A DNA stretch of 64,000 bases, taken from positions 4,448,001-4,512,000 of the forward strand of contig OZ220744.1 of the NCBI GenBank assembly GCA_965116925.1. Reading direction: 5' to 3'. This document shows, in pieces, positions 9,732-19,395 of the stretch (positions are counted from its first letter, which is position 1; each line of letters opens with the position of its first letter). The DNA comes from Candidatus Poribacteria bacterium (GTDB taxonomy: Bacteria; Poribacteria; WGA-4E; PCPOR2b). The position numbers were made by a program, and so were the translations under genes. The notes under the pieces are model-generated. The model did no database searches. It saw only the letters and a list, made by a program, of their open reading frames with translations, and had not been told where the DNA came from.

Positions 9732-11780
9732 CTATTGAAACGGCACCGGAATCGTCTCCCCATGCCACGGGAAAGCATAGCTCGGATCATTCACGAAGCG
9801 ACGCATGCCGACCTCTAGCCGGACAGAGGTTGAAGGTGGAAGCTCGACTGCAAAATACTTCCCATTGACCGGGGTTTCTTTTCCCGCGTATTCCCGTTCC
9901 GACCGGAGCCATAGATAGGGATTCTGATGTAACTCCTCTTGACTCATCTCTCGGTATTTGAGCCCGGTAAACTGATGTTCTCCGAAAGCACCCGCCTGCA
10001 CGATAGTGTTTCGCGTTTCAGTCGTGCTAAGGTTCACCAACTGAATTCCAACACCATCTGATGCTAATTTGTCGACAAGAGCGGCGACATCTCTCGGCAA
10101 GCCCGGGCGAGCGTTGTCCCGATCATAATAGCGTACAGTCGCTCGGAGGAGTCCACCGTTGTAAACCGATTGCGGTGCACCCATCGTAAGTTGTGTCAGT
10201 CCTTTCGTGAAAACCGGGTTCGGCGGAAAGAAATTCGTTGTAACAATTTCTTCTACGGTACGATCATCAAGACGAATTTTGTCGAAAGCCTCCAATGCCC
10301 ATCGGTATTCCGCACTCAATATCTTCTCGGGCCAATTGGGATTTAACCCATCGTAATATTGAAAACGGGCAAACTCTGTTTCGCCGCCATTCTTTTCGCC
10401 ACCCCTGTCTCCAATTTCATTCCAATCGCGCTCGACCTCCCCATCTCGTATCTTCGTAATCAGTTCATAGTCTTCTGTAGACATTGAGGCATGATATAGG
10501 TGGGCAAGTTCCTGCATCCGCCACGGAATTGGTCCTGTGTAGACACCTCTCTTGGGCAGGATGTCATCATTTGAGGGACCGACGGGCGGATCATAGCACC
10601 AACCATCGGGACCGTATCGCGTCGGCATGATAAGCTGACCATCTTCCCGTGTTATCGAATTCTCCAACAGCAGCTGAATCTGTGAGCGGAGAAGTTCGAG
10701 ATAACCGTAGTCCCCGGTGAGCAGTAAGGCACATTCTGCGGCGATGGTAAGTGAGTGAAACATGATATTATAGCCCTGATAGTGGTTCCAACCATACTGT
10801 CCACCCCACCACCCACCGTTGCGGTGCTCACCAATCTTTCCGGTAGGCCCCACATTGTCAGGCATAATCCCGTTATTGCGACGCATCCGATCCAGCCAAG
10901 CCTCCGTGTATTCCAATACCCACCGCTTGTACTTCTCATCGCCTGTATACAGGTAAGCATTGGTAACGAGCGCGGTAGCACCCAAACTATTGGGAGTGTC
11001 GGCCTGTAAGACCATCTTCTCGAACAGTTCGACAATCTCTTCCCTACGCTTTGGATCTTCATACCAATTCAGTTCAAGGTCTTCGACGATTGGATAAAGA
11101 CTCGCACGCACACCGTAATAGTTGACCTCCCCGCCTAGATATCTTCCGGCGAGCAGCATGGTGTTCACGAAATTCGCATCTGCATGTAATCTCGGTCCCT
11201 GACTAGAATGAAATGGAGATCGAAGGATCTTATGCTCAGGGTCGTAATTGGGGGCTTCCGGATCTTCACCGATGAACATCGCAGCAAATCTTCGTGCCCG
11301 ACGGACATTCTCCGAAACCGTAGGACAAGCAACGCCGAAATCGTAGAACGCCATGTTGCCCTCACCGAGATGATGCCACTCCGTAGATTGCGCCAGATTC
11401 CAGAACTCATTGTACATCGACGGTCTGAACACTTTTGTAAAATCATTGTGTCGAAGGCGATGATTGAAGCTGTCATCACTAATTCGGGTCGACGCGTTCC
11501 AGCCCTGTAGCGCAAGGTTGAGTAGGCTCTCATCGGCACCGATGGCGTAGAACAGACACCAATTGTAGAACTGTTCGTACAAATCGTCGAAATCTTCGGC
11601 GAAGTAAAGGGCACCCCCCGGCTCCGTATACTTCTTGAACATCACGGGGGCAGCTTCCTCCATGAGGTCAATCAGGTTACGCTCCATCAACGCCCATCCG
11701 GGTGGCGCAGAGATATTAGTCGCCTTGATGGAAACCATTTCAGGCATAGAGACTCCATTTGTGGAAACGTTCGTCGTCAT
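9732..11780 (-). CDS. Conserved hypothetical protein, possibly an alpha/alpha-barrel sugar-acting enzyme
   Basis: 682-aa ORF with AAGGAG RBS; W/Y/D/E-rich; DDLYE, EWHHLGEG, AYLYTGDEKY, PDNVG motifs; fold is inferred. Confidence 0.6.
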   Translation of the reverse strand: MTTNVSTNGVSMPEMVSIKATNISAPPGWALMERNLIDLMEEAAPVMFKKYTEPGGALYFAEDFDDLYEQFYNWCLFYAIGADESLLNLALQGWNASTRISDDSFNHRLRHNDFTKVFRPSMYNEFWNLAQSTEWHHLGEGNMAFYDFGVACPTVSENVRRARRFAAMFIGEDPEAPNYDPEHKILRSPFHSSQGPRLHADANFVNTMLLAGRYLGGEVNYYGVRASLYPIVEDLELNWYEDPKRREEIVELFEKMVLQADTPNSLGATALVTNAYLYTGDEKYKRWVLEYTEAWLDRMRRNNGIMPDNVGPTGKIGEHRNGGWWGGQYGWNHYQGYNIMFHSLTIAAECALLLTGDYGYLELLRSQIQLLLENSITREDGQLIMPTRYGPDGWCYDPPVGPSNDDILPKRGVYTGPIPWRMQELAHLYHASMSTEDYELITKIRDGEVERDWNEIGDRGGEKNGGETEFARFQYYDGLNPNWPEKILSAEYRWALEAFDKIRLDDRTVEEIVTTNFFPPNPVFTKGLTQLTMGAPQSVYNGGLLRATVRYYDRDNARPGLPRDVAALVDKLASDGVGIQLVNLSTTETRNTIVQAGAFGEHQFTGLKYREMSQEELHQNPYLWLRSEREYAGKETPVNGKYFAVELPPSTSVRLEVGMRRFVNDPSYAFPWHGETIPVPFQ

Positions 11781-11898
11781 CCTTCACTCCTTATTGGAAA
11801 CCGTATTCCGAATTCGTAATTGATTGGCTGGAAGCCACGAGTCAGCTCCAGAAAGAACTGGTACTTGTGTGCCTGCTCAAGCTGCATCATTGAATCAT

Positions 11899-12663
11899 CT
11901 ACCAAGCAACCCAACCACCATCAACAGCGATGGTTTGTCCCGTCACCCAGTTGGCAGCGTCCGAAGCGAGATACAGCACTGCGCCAACAACCTCTTCGAC
12001 CTCACCGACCCGTCCCATCGGAATGCGACGTACAACATCATCATAAAACTCCTTGCGCTTTAGGAGCTCATTGGCAAGCGGCGTCCGTGTAAACGCAGGC
12101 GCAACAGTATTCACCGTTACGTTGTGTGGTGCCCATTCGACCGCGAGTCCTTTTGTCAATGCCACAACCCCACCTTTGCTGCCGGAGTAAATCGTTCGTA
12201 ACGGACCACCCACCAACGCCATCGTTGAGGTGATGTTGATGATTTTTCCGCTTTCCCGTTCAATCATCGGTTTCACGAGCGTCTGTGTGAGGAAAAATAA
12301 TCCCTTGAGATTCAAGTCGTAAACAGTGTCCCAATCGTCCTCAGTTACTTCAAGTGCAGGCTTCGGGCGGTTCGTACCAGCGTTATTGACAAGAACATCA
12401 ACCCGTCCCCAGACATCGATCGCCTCTTGTGCACCGCGTTCAATTTCATCCATTTTGCTCGCATCGAAAACGACGGGTTCAGCGTTACCGCCCGCTGCCC
12501 GTATCTCTTCCGCAACCTCTTCGAGATCTGAGAGCGTCCGGCTATTCAGAATTACATCAGCACCCATCTGTGCCGCAGCGAGTGCGAGACCTCGACCGAT
12601 GCCTTTACCTGCACCTGTAACTAACATCACCTTACCGTTAAGATCAAATCCGGGAAACCCCAT
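11899..12663 (-). CDS. Short-chain dehydrogenase/reductase (KduD/FabG-like)
   Basis: TGAGKGIG, NNAG, YSGSK, VDGG. Confidence 0.9.
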   Translation of the reverse strand: MGFPGFDLNGKVMLVTGAGKGIGRGLALAAAQMGADVILNSRTLSDLEEVAEEIRAAGGNAEPVVFDASKMDEIERGAQEAIDVWGRVDVLVNNAGTNRPKPALEVTEDDWDTVYDLNLKGLFFLTQTLVKPMIERESGKIINITSTMALVGGPLRTIYSGSKGGVVALTKGLAVEWAPHNVTVNTVAPAFTRTPLANELLKRKEFYDDVVRRIPMGRVGEVEEVVGAVLYLASDAANWVTGQTIAVDGGWVAW

Positions 12664-12735
12664 AATAAACCTCCATTTTTGTATGATGCGTAATACGCGA
12701 ATTCAAACGTTGAACCTATCCATCAACTGATAAAC

Positions 12736-13605
12736 CTATTTCTCTTGTTGAGCCAAGGCTAACTTCAATGTGTTTTCTAATAGCATCGCGCGTGTCATCG
12801 GACCGACGCCACCGGGGACAGGTGTGATAAAGCCGGCAACCTCCTTGACACCCTCATAATCAATATCACCGACAAAACCATTCTCAGCGATAGTAATTCC
12901 CACATCAATCACGACCGCCCCCGGTTTTACCATATCCGCCGTAATCAGCTGGGGTCTGCCGGCTGCTGCAATCAAAATGTCTCCTTGCCGGGTTTCCGAT
13001 GCAAGCTCGCGAGTCCTCGTGTGGCAGTAGGTGACCGTCGCATTACGGTTGAGCAGCATCAACCCGACAGGTTTGCCAACTAGGCTGCTGCGCCCCACAC
13101 AAACCGCATGACTCCCTTCGATCTCCACACCTATTGATTCGATGAGGCGGATAATTCCTGCCGGCGTGCACGGAACAGTCTGTTCACGGTTGATGAGGAG
13201 ATTGCCTAAGTTCACAAGGGTCAACCCATCGGCGTCCTTTGCAGGCACGATTGTGTTGATAATAGCGTCTCCATCAATAGAATCAGGAACTGGCATTTGA
13301 GCAATAATTCCGTGTATATCCTCACGACCGTTCAACGTGTGAATCTGCTCTATGACCGCTGCCTGCGGCGTCTCCGCCGGCATTCGATGTACCTCCGAAT
13401 GAAAGCCAACATATTGACAATCTTTCTCCTTGTTACTGACATAGACCGTCGAAGCGGGATCGTTTCCAACTTGGACCACTGCAAGTCCGGGGGTAAATTT
13501 CAGTTTCTTCACTTGGCGTCGAATTTCGCGCCGAACAGATCTGGCGAGCTGTTTTCCATCAATAATTTTCGCCCCGATTTCATCGGGATCCAGAGCAACT
13601 GGCAA
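12736..13605 (-). CDS. folD: Bifunctional methylenetetrahydrofolate dehydrogenase/cyclohydrolase
   Basis: IIDGK, KDADG, PCTPAG, GRSSLVGKP, TPVPGGVGPMT; TTG start at 13605 follows GGAGG. Confidence 0.95.
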   Translation of the reverse strand: MPVALDPDEIGAKIIDGKQLARSVRREIRRQVKKLKFTPGLAVVQVGNDPASTVYVSNKEKDCQYVGFHSEVHRMPAETPQAAVIEQIHTLNGREDIHGIIAQMPVPDSIDGDAIINTIVPAKDADGLTLVNLGNLLINREQTVPCTPAGIIRLIESIGVEIEGSHAVCVGRSSLVGKPVGLMLLNRNATVTYCHTRTRELASETRQGDILIAAAGRPQLITADMVKPGAVVIDVGITIAENGFVGDIDYEGVKEVAGFITPVPGGVGPMTRAMLLENTLKLALAQQEK

Positions 13606-13920
13606 TCGTGAACCCTCCCCATCAAGTGATGTAATATTTGCAAAAATGCTTCTTTCGTTCAAAGTTATTGCTGAATTTTGCAACGCGTTATTATATCATA
13701 TCTTGTGCCGCGTATCTATTATTTCTTTGATGTAAAGGTAGACTGATGTGTTCACCTATCGGAAATCCCTTGCAACGTAAAACATGAAGAAAGAAAAGGA
13801 TCGCGTAAACAAAGAGACAATAAGGCAAGTTAGACTCAAAAAACATCAACGTAATTCTTAATCCAAAGGCTCTGACTACTTCTGCGCTATCACGCCTCTT
13901 TTGGCTCCCGGTATCTGTTC

Positions 13921-16900
13921 ATGGGGAAACTTTTCGTAACGTCGTATTTCTTACTCATTGGCATTTTCATTTTCGTGCCTTATACCGCAAAGTCCGAGGG
14001 CGACCCGCTCCAATTGCCACCCCTTTCCCTTTTGCAGAAAACCGAATCTACCCGATTCAAAGATCTTCCTGATTCTTTTATTCTAAAGCATTGGCCCCCC
14101 ATCCGTGACAGTGAACGCGTAACAATTAACGGTGTGCGACTCACCAAAAACTTGGATTATCTCATCGATTACGGCGCGGGAACGCTCAGGTTCCTGAAGG
14201 ACTACCCTCCCGAAGCCACCGTTCAAATTACCTACCGGGCTTTGCCCTTCGCAATCAAAAAGGGGTATAAACGAGATCTCTTTCGACAAGATCAACCGTT
14301 GGAGCAACCGTCTAGTGAAATCAAACTTGAACCCCGTCCAGATCTGCCCCGACAACGTCCACCGGAATCAGCACTGCCTCCAGTGCAGGTGACAGGGACT
14401 CACACATTCGGTGTCTCGGCTGGCAGCAATAGAGCATTGTCCCCGGAACGAGCCTTGCGAATCAGTGTTGACGGCAAAGTTTCGGAGAATGTCAGTGTCA
14501 CAGCACTGCTTTCAGACCAAGACCTGCCCATCCAACCTGAAGGCACAACCGAAGATATTCAAGATATAGATCAGAAACTCATCCGCATCACAAGTCCACA
14601 TGTCACGGGATTGTTGGGTGATTTTGAGGGATCGCTTGGCGATACGGATATATTCTTTAATCGTGCGCTAGAGGGGGTGCAGGTCTCAGGAGATTTTAAG
14701 TGGGGAAAATTTCATCTCATACCGAGTGCTATCCCCAAGGGGCAGTCTGCCAGCAAGACAATTAGGGGCGAGGAGGGACGCAGCGAATATCGCATTGATG
14801 CCAATGGTGAGTTTGTCATCGTGAAAGCGGGCACCGAAATTGTTTGGTTGAACGGTCAACGGATGCGGCGTGGAGAAAACAATGATTACGTGATCCGTGA
14901 CTACGGCGATCCTATTATTGAATTCACAAGCAAACACTTAATCACAAGTAACGATGTAATCCGCGTCGATTTTGAATATATCCCCGAAGACTTGGCGTAT
15001 CAGCGAAATCTACAAGGCGTCAGCGGTGTGCTGAATCTGCCCGGCGAGCGTGTCACGGTTGGATTCGGCTACGCTGTTGAATCGGATCTAAATGATCCGG
15101 AAAATGCGTTCATTATTATAAATGAAGGGGAGTTTGAGGCACTTCAGCGAAACGAGTTGGACGCAGACGGGGCTGGCAACCTCCTCATCGCGCCACAGCG
15201 ACGCACCGTATGGGACATCAGCGGACGCCTCGATTTCACCGAAAGTCAAGGTTTCCTACAACACGCCCCGACACTGGAAGGACAGATTGCTTTCGGCGCA
15301 TTGGATCAGAACACTTTCTCCAACCGAGATCGTAAAACACTGAGTAGAGCTTGGAAACTCCTCGCCAACTCATCAACCGAGAAGTTGCTATTGAATCTGG
15401 AACTCCGATCTCTCGATGCGGACTTCGTACCTGTCGGCGCGTCGAGCACCAACCGCACACGGTTTCGATACGAGGAACAGTACACCGATGAACAGTTCGA
15501 CGACCTGTATCTATTGGGTGACGTGGGTACAGCCCAAACCCCCGATGAAAAGGCCGTAGATCTCGACCTACAGGTAAAGCCGGTCACTTGGCTCAAACTC
15601 GATTACGGCTTAGGACGCACAGAGGAACGTTTCAAGAAATCAACAAATCAGCAAAGTCTCAACGGTTTCGATACAGCTACCCCACTCGCCGATGTTACCC
15701 TTCGCAACAATCTCAACGGCGGATTTGATTTCAATCCACGGGAAGGACTGATGAAACGCCCATACCTCCCCCGCCTCAGAGGCGATTATCGAAGGAGCAC
15801 CTCGAAAGTCAGGGGACAAGACCAATTCCGTAAAGCCCGTAGACATGGACAACTCTCCCAACGCATTCTCCTGCTTAATCTAAACGCCTCCATCGAACAG
15901 TTGGAAGCAATTGACCTCGATTTCGACGATAACGTGAACCTCAACCGAAAACGAAATATTTCAACGGGACGGCTCGATCTTGTCGACTTTCGGTGGGTAT
16001 CAATTAACACGAAATACGCGATCGAAAGGGCTTTCGATAAAGAACCTCTACTCACCCTTGATGGAAAGGCATTAGGCTTCTCGGATTGGCAGCAGGAGAC
16101 GAGCGCGAGGACCTGGACGGCGGGTCTCTTTTCTCAGCCGCGCAAGTGGGCAAACGTCTCGACCAATATCTCCCGGCGGGTGTTCAAAGCGGAGCGAGAA
16201 TCAAACTCCGACTCAAAGACACAGTTGGCGGATATTGAAATGCGCCTCACGCCATTCAACCGCGCATTGGACGGGCAGCTCACCTATGAACTCGACAAGA
16301 AATTGGCGACAGAACGACGCGAAATCTTCACAAACATAAATCCGTTTACAGGACGGGAAATTAAGCCGGGTGAAGGACATTACGTCAAAATTGACGATCT
16401 GCATTACAGAGAAGATTTCGAGGAGGGTGACTATATCAAATTCATCCAGAATGTCGAGGACAAGCCCGTTTCTGCAATTGATATGAAGTTGAGCCTGCGT
16501 TTTCAGCCCCGACGCTTCACGTCGCGTCGGAGGAGTAACGTAACCACGAGCTCCAAGCAAACCGAAACACAGAGAAACTTAGTATGGTTAGCAAATGCTA
16601 TTCGCGGTCAGGCTGTTATCAATATAACCGAAGAACAGGAAGATCCAGATCCAGCAAGTCTTTATCTGTTGCGTAATCTGCGAAACGAACGCACAATTTT
16701 TGGGAGAGTCAACCAGCGGTATCGACTCGACTTTTCCCCATCGCCGCTATTGAGTCTAGACCTCGGATATGATACCAATCGTCTCCTCAACAAGCGAATT
16801 AATAACAGGGAACGACGACGACATAGCCGGGATTGGGAGGTGGACTTAACGCTGAACCCAACATCGAAACTCTCATTCAAGACAAAATGGGAACAGCGGC

Positions 16901-17373
16901 GGGAAGATGAACAGTTTACTGAACTCGATCCAGACGGGAACGCATCAGAAGCGATTTCCGATCTGACGCAGTTTGAGCGCACAAACACGCTTGAATGCAA
17001 CTATGAACTCAGTCGTGTTTTGCAGTTTGGCGTTGCCGGCAGCCACGAATCTACTGCCGATCGTGAACATCTTGATGACACGCCGGAAGCCCGAACCCGA
17101 ACTTTCTCGTTGGAAAATCGGCTAACCTATTCCTTTATCAACAAAGGCCGATTTGATTTTACCTATCGACTCAATCACGGAAGCAGCGAGGGCGGGATAC
17201 CTTTCACACGATATAACTTCTACGAAGGGGTGAGCCACGAAGTCCGTATCACTGCGGATTATAAAGTTCGGAAGGTCACAGATCTGCTACTACGATTCAA
17301 TTATCGCCTGCTTTCAACGAAACAGACCAAACCAGAGCACCGGGTGGGGATGGAAGTCGTAGCGGAGTTGTAA
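13921..17373 (+). CDS. Large secreted or outer-membrane beta-strand-rich hypothetical protein
   Basis: Signal peptide; two copies of an ERV.ING.R...DY.IDY-like module; C-terminal amphipathic beta strands. Confidence 0.65.
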   Translation: MGKLFVTSYFLLIGIFIFVPYTAKSEGDPLQLPPLSLLQKTESTRFKDLPDSFILKHWPPIRDSERVTINGVRLTKNLDYLIDYGAGTLRFLKDYPPEATVQITYRALPFAIKKGYKRDLFRQDQPLEQPSSEIKLEPRPDLPRQRPPESALPPVQVTGTHTFGVSAGSNRALSPERALRISVDGKVSENVSVTALLSDQDLPIQPEGTTEDIQDIDQKLIRITSPHVTGLLGDFEGSLGDTDIFFNRALEGVQVSGDFKWGKFHLIPSAIPKGQSASKTIRGEEGRSEYRIDANGEFVIVKAGTEIVWLNGQRMRRGENNDYVIRDYGDPIIEFTSKHLITSNDVIRVDFEYIPEDLAYQRNLQGVSGVLNLPGERVTVGFGYAVESDLNDPENAFIIINEGEFEALQRNELDADGAGNLLIAPQRRTVWDISGRLDFTESQGFLQHAPTLEGQIAFGALDQNTFSNRDRKTLSRAWKLLANSSTEKLLLNLELRSLDADFVPVGASSTNRTRFRYEEQYTDEQFDDLYLLGDVGTAQTPDEKAVDLDLQVKPVTWLKLDYGLGRTEERFKKSTNQQSLNGFDTATPLADVTLRNNLNGGFDFNPREGLMKRPYLPRLRGDYRRSTSKVRGQDQFRKARRHGQLSQRILLLNLNASIEQLEAIDLDFDDNVNLNRKRNISTGRLDLVDFRWVSINTKYAIERAFDKEPLLTLDGKALGFSDWQQETSARTWTAGLFSQPRKWANVSTNISRRVFKAERESNSDSKTQLADIEMRLTPFNRALDGQLTYELDKKLATERREIFTNINPFTGREIKPGEGHYVKIDDLHYREDFEEGDYIKFIQNVEDKPVSAIDMKLSLRFQPRRFTSRRRSNVTTSSKQTETQRNLVWLANAIRGQAVINITEEQEDPDPASLYLLRNLRNERTIFGRVNQRYRLDFSPSPLLSLDLGYDTNRLLNKRINNRERRRHSRDWEVDLTLNPTSKLSFKTKWEQRREDEQFTELDPDGNASEAISDLTQFERTNTLECNYELSRVLQFGVAGSHESTADREHLDDTPEARTRTFSLENRLTYSFINKGRFDFTYRLNHGSSEGGIPFTRYNFYEGVSHEVRITADYKVRKVTDLLLRFNYRLLSTKQTKPEHRVGMEVVAEL

Positions 17374-17389
17374 CTAAAGTTAGTACAAT

Positions 17390-17634
17390 TTTTAGGTAAA
17401 AAAAGGCAGAAAAGAGGTTATCCTTTCAGAAATCACCACAATTTTGAAAGGAGACTTAAATGAACCTCATACTTCTGCCTCAGCCATATTTTAACCTGCT
17501 TTCGTCCGTTATTCAACTGTCAAAACTTCGCCTTGTTCTGCACCTTCATTTTGTGGCTTATCGCTCACCGGCATCAAGCGACTCTCACTGAGATTTATCA
17601 AGCCGTTCTCCCCAAGAGCGGATACAGTTCATCG
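17390..17634 (+). pseudogene. Possible IS left-end remnant with frameshifted, truncated DDE transposase N-terminus (IS701/IS4-like)
   Basis: Long hairpin 17404-17480 covers AAGGAG and ATG 17460; +1 frame reads ILTCFRPLFNCQNFALFCTFILWLIAHRHQATLTEIY; ends at a REP-like palindrome. Confidence 0.4.
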
Positions 17635-17662
17635 GTAGGGAACGCACATCTGCGTTCCTTAC
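17635..17662. repeat. GTAG-type REP-like palindrome
   Basis: GTAGGGAACGCACATCTGCGTTCCTTAC. Confidence 0.7.
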
Positions 17663-17682
17663 ATCAACGACTCCAAGATTGC

Positions 17683-18885
17683 CTAAAGCCCCCAATGCTC
17701 ATCAATCTCTTGCTGGTATCCATCGACCTTTCCATCAAGCACATCAGCGATAGTTACGACCTCTCCGCAATGCCCTGACTCATAAATTGCGATTGAGATG
17801 GCTTTGGCTTGCAAACCGGTCCGGCCATCCACTTCCGGTGACCGCCGATTCCGGATTGCGTCGATGAAGTCGTAGATCTCCAAGGCGAAACCGTCCTCAA
17901 TTTCATGGGGAAAAAGCCGTGCTTTCTCTTCATCGCTCAACGTCTCAAGGTACATTTCGCGGAGTTCTCGCATATTGTATCTTGTCCCATCAAGTCTTTC
18001 CGCCTCCCCTCGGTCCTTAGCTGTAAAGGGATGAAAGACATCGCCGCTGTCACGAATGACACCCTCGGCACCGTAGAAAGCAACATTCAGATGGTTAGCG
18101 CACGGTGCGGCAACTGTCCAACTCCACGTCCCGACCACGCCACTCTTGAAAGTGATGATTGCCACCCAAGTATCCTCATGGCAGGTGGGCACCTTCCCTT
18201 TTTCGGCGTGATTGGCGAATCGTCCATCAATTTGACGGACTTCAGCGTAAACCTTTTCGACATCACCGAAGAAGTAGCGGATGGTGTCCATCATATGCGC
18301 GCCGCTGTCCATCACCATACCGCCGCCGCTGAACTCTTTGCCTAACCGCCAATGCCAATCCCCAATACTTGCTGGATCGTTCCAAGCCGCGGATTGTGCG
18401 AAGAACATTCGGGGTGTCCCGATAATGTTTCCTTCGTTAAGTGCCCATTTGACAGTTCGTTGTCCGGGTGTCCTGCGACAATTCTCTGCCGTAGCGGTAA
18501 GTCGTCCATGTTTCTCCGCGACTTCAATCATCTTCTGGCTTGCTTTTATTGTTACGCCAAACGGCTTCTCCGTCATAATATCAACGCCTGATTCAAGACA
18601 CGGGATGGCGGAGATATGGTGATAAGCATGTGACGTACAGATATCCGCTCCATCCAAATCTTCTGCTTTTAGCATTTCTTCAACATCATCGTAAACGCGG
18701 GGCATGGTCCCCTGCAATTCTGCAACCTGTTCCGCATAATTTTTCGCCGCTTCCCTACGCACATCACACGTTGCCTCAATTGAAAAGGTATTAACCCCTT
18801 TTTCCACGAGTGCTTGATAGCCTCGCAGATGTGCATTTGCGATTCCACCACAACCAATGACCGCTAAACCAACCTTATCTGACAC
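17683..18885 (-). CDS. Gfo/Idh/MocA family oxidoreductase
   Basis: IGCGGIA, EKP, GGGMVMDSGAH; start GTG 18885 or ATG 18906. Confidence 0.9.
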   Translation of the reverse strand: MSDKVGLAVIGCGGIANAHLRGYQALVEKGVNTFSIEATCDVRREAAKNYAEQVAELQGTMPRVYDDVEEMLKAEDLDGADICTSHAYHHISAIPCLESGVDIMTEKPFGVTIKASQKMIEVAEKHGRLTATAENCRRTPGQRTVKWALNEGNIIGTPRMFFAQSAAWNDPASIGDWHWRLGKEFSGGGMVMDSGAHMMDTIRYFFGDVEKVYAEVRQIDGRFANHAEKGKVPTCHEDTWVAIITFKSGVVGTWSWTVAAPCANHLNVAFYGAEGVIRDSGDVFHPFTAKDRGEAERLDGTRYNMRELREMYLETLSDEEKARLFPHEIEDGFALEIYDFIDAIRNRRSPEVDGRTGLQAKAISIAIYESGHCGEVVTIADVLDGKVDGYQQEIDEHWGL

Positions 18886-18934
18886 AGCTTTCCCCCTATA
18901 ATTCATGAACCTTGGATAGAGTTAGAATAAAATC

Positions 18935-18963
18935 TTGACTTTTTGACAGCTTCAGTTTACTAT
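18935..18963 (+). promoter_or_regulatory. Sigma70-type promoter upstream of eutN operon
   Basis: TTGACT-N17-TACTAT. Confidence 0.55.
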
Positions 18964-19063
18964 ACCTACAGCCATATAACTTTGTCAATGATGTTTTCAT
19001 GATGCCTTATATTTTGCATGATTTGCGTTTTTCGGACTAAGAATAAACAGGGAAAGATTTCGC

Positions 19064-19351
19064 ATGACGGTTGGAAAAGTTGTGGGAACTGTCGTTGCCA
19101 CACGAAAAGATGAAAAACTGGTCGGTAGTAAGTTGCTGATTGTGCAGGATACCGAGCTAGATGGAACGCTCCTCAGTCGATATACGGTGGCTGTTGATGC
19201 TGTTGGTGCGGGCGTCGGCGAGCTGGTGCTCACCGCAGCAGGAAGTTCAGCGCGCCAAACTGATGCCACCAAAAACAAGCCTATTGATGCGGTGGTCATG
19301 GCGATTATCGATTCGATCGAGGTGCACGGGGAAATCCAGTTTCAGAAGTAG
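19064..19351 (+). CDS. eutN: EutN/CcmL family bacterial microcompartment vertex (pentamer) protein
   Basis: GKVVGTVVATRKDEKLVGSKLLIVQ, VAVDAVGAGVGE, GSSAR, DAVVMAIID. Confidence 0.95.
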   Translation: MTVGKVVGTVVATRKDEKLVGSKLLIVQDTELDGTLLSRYTVAVDAVGAGVGELVLTAAGSSARQTDATKNKPIDAVVMAIIDSIEVHGEIQFQK

Positions 19352-19395
19352 CGATTAATATACTTCTTTAGGGGCTGTCAGTTGTCCATATCAAC

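Noticed and set aside
12736..13683. Long N-terminal extension of FolD
   Set aside because: A TTG at 13605 with a GGAGG RBS explains the gene; the longer start is an ORF-calling artefact.
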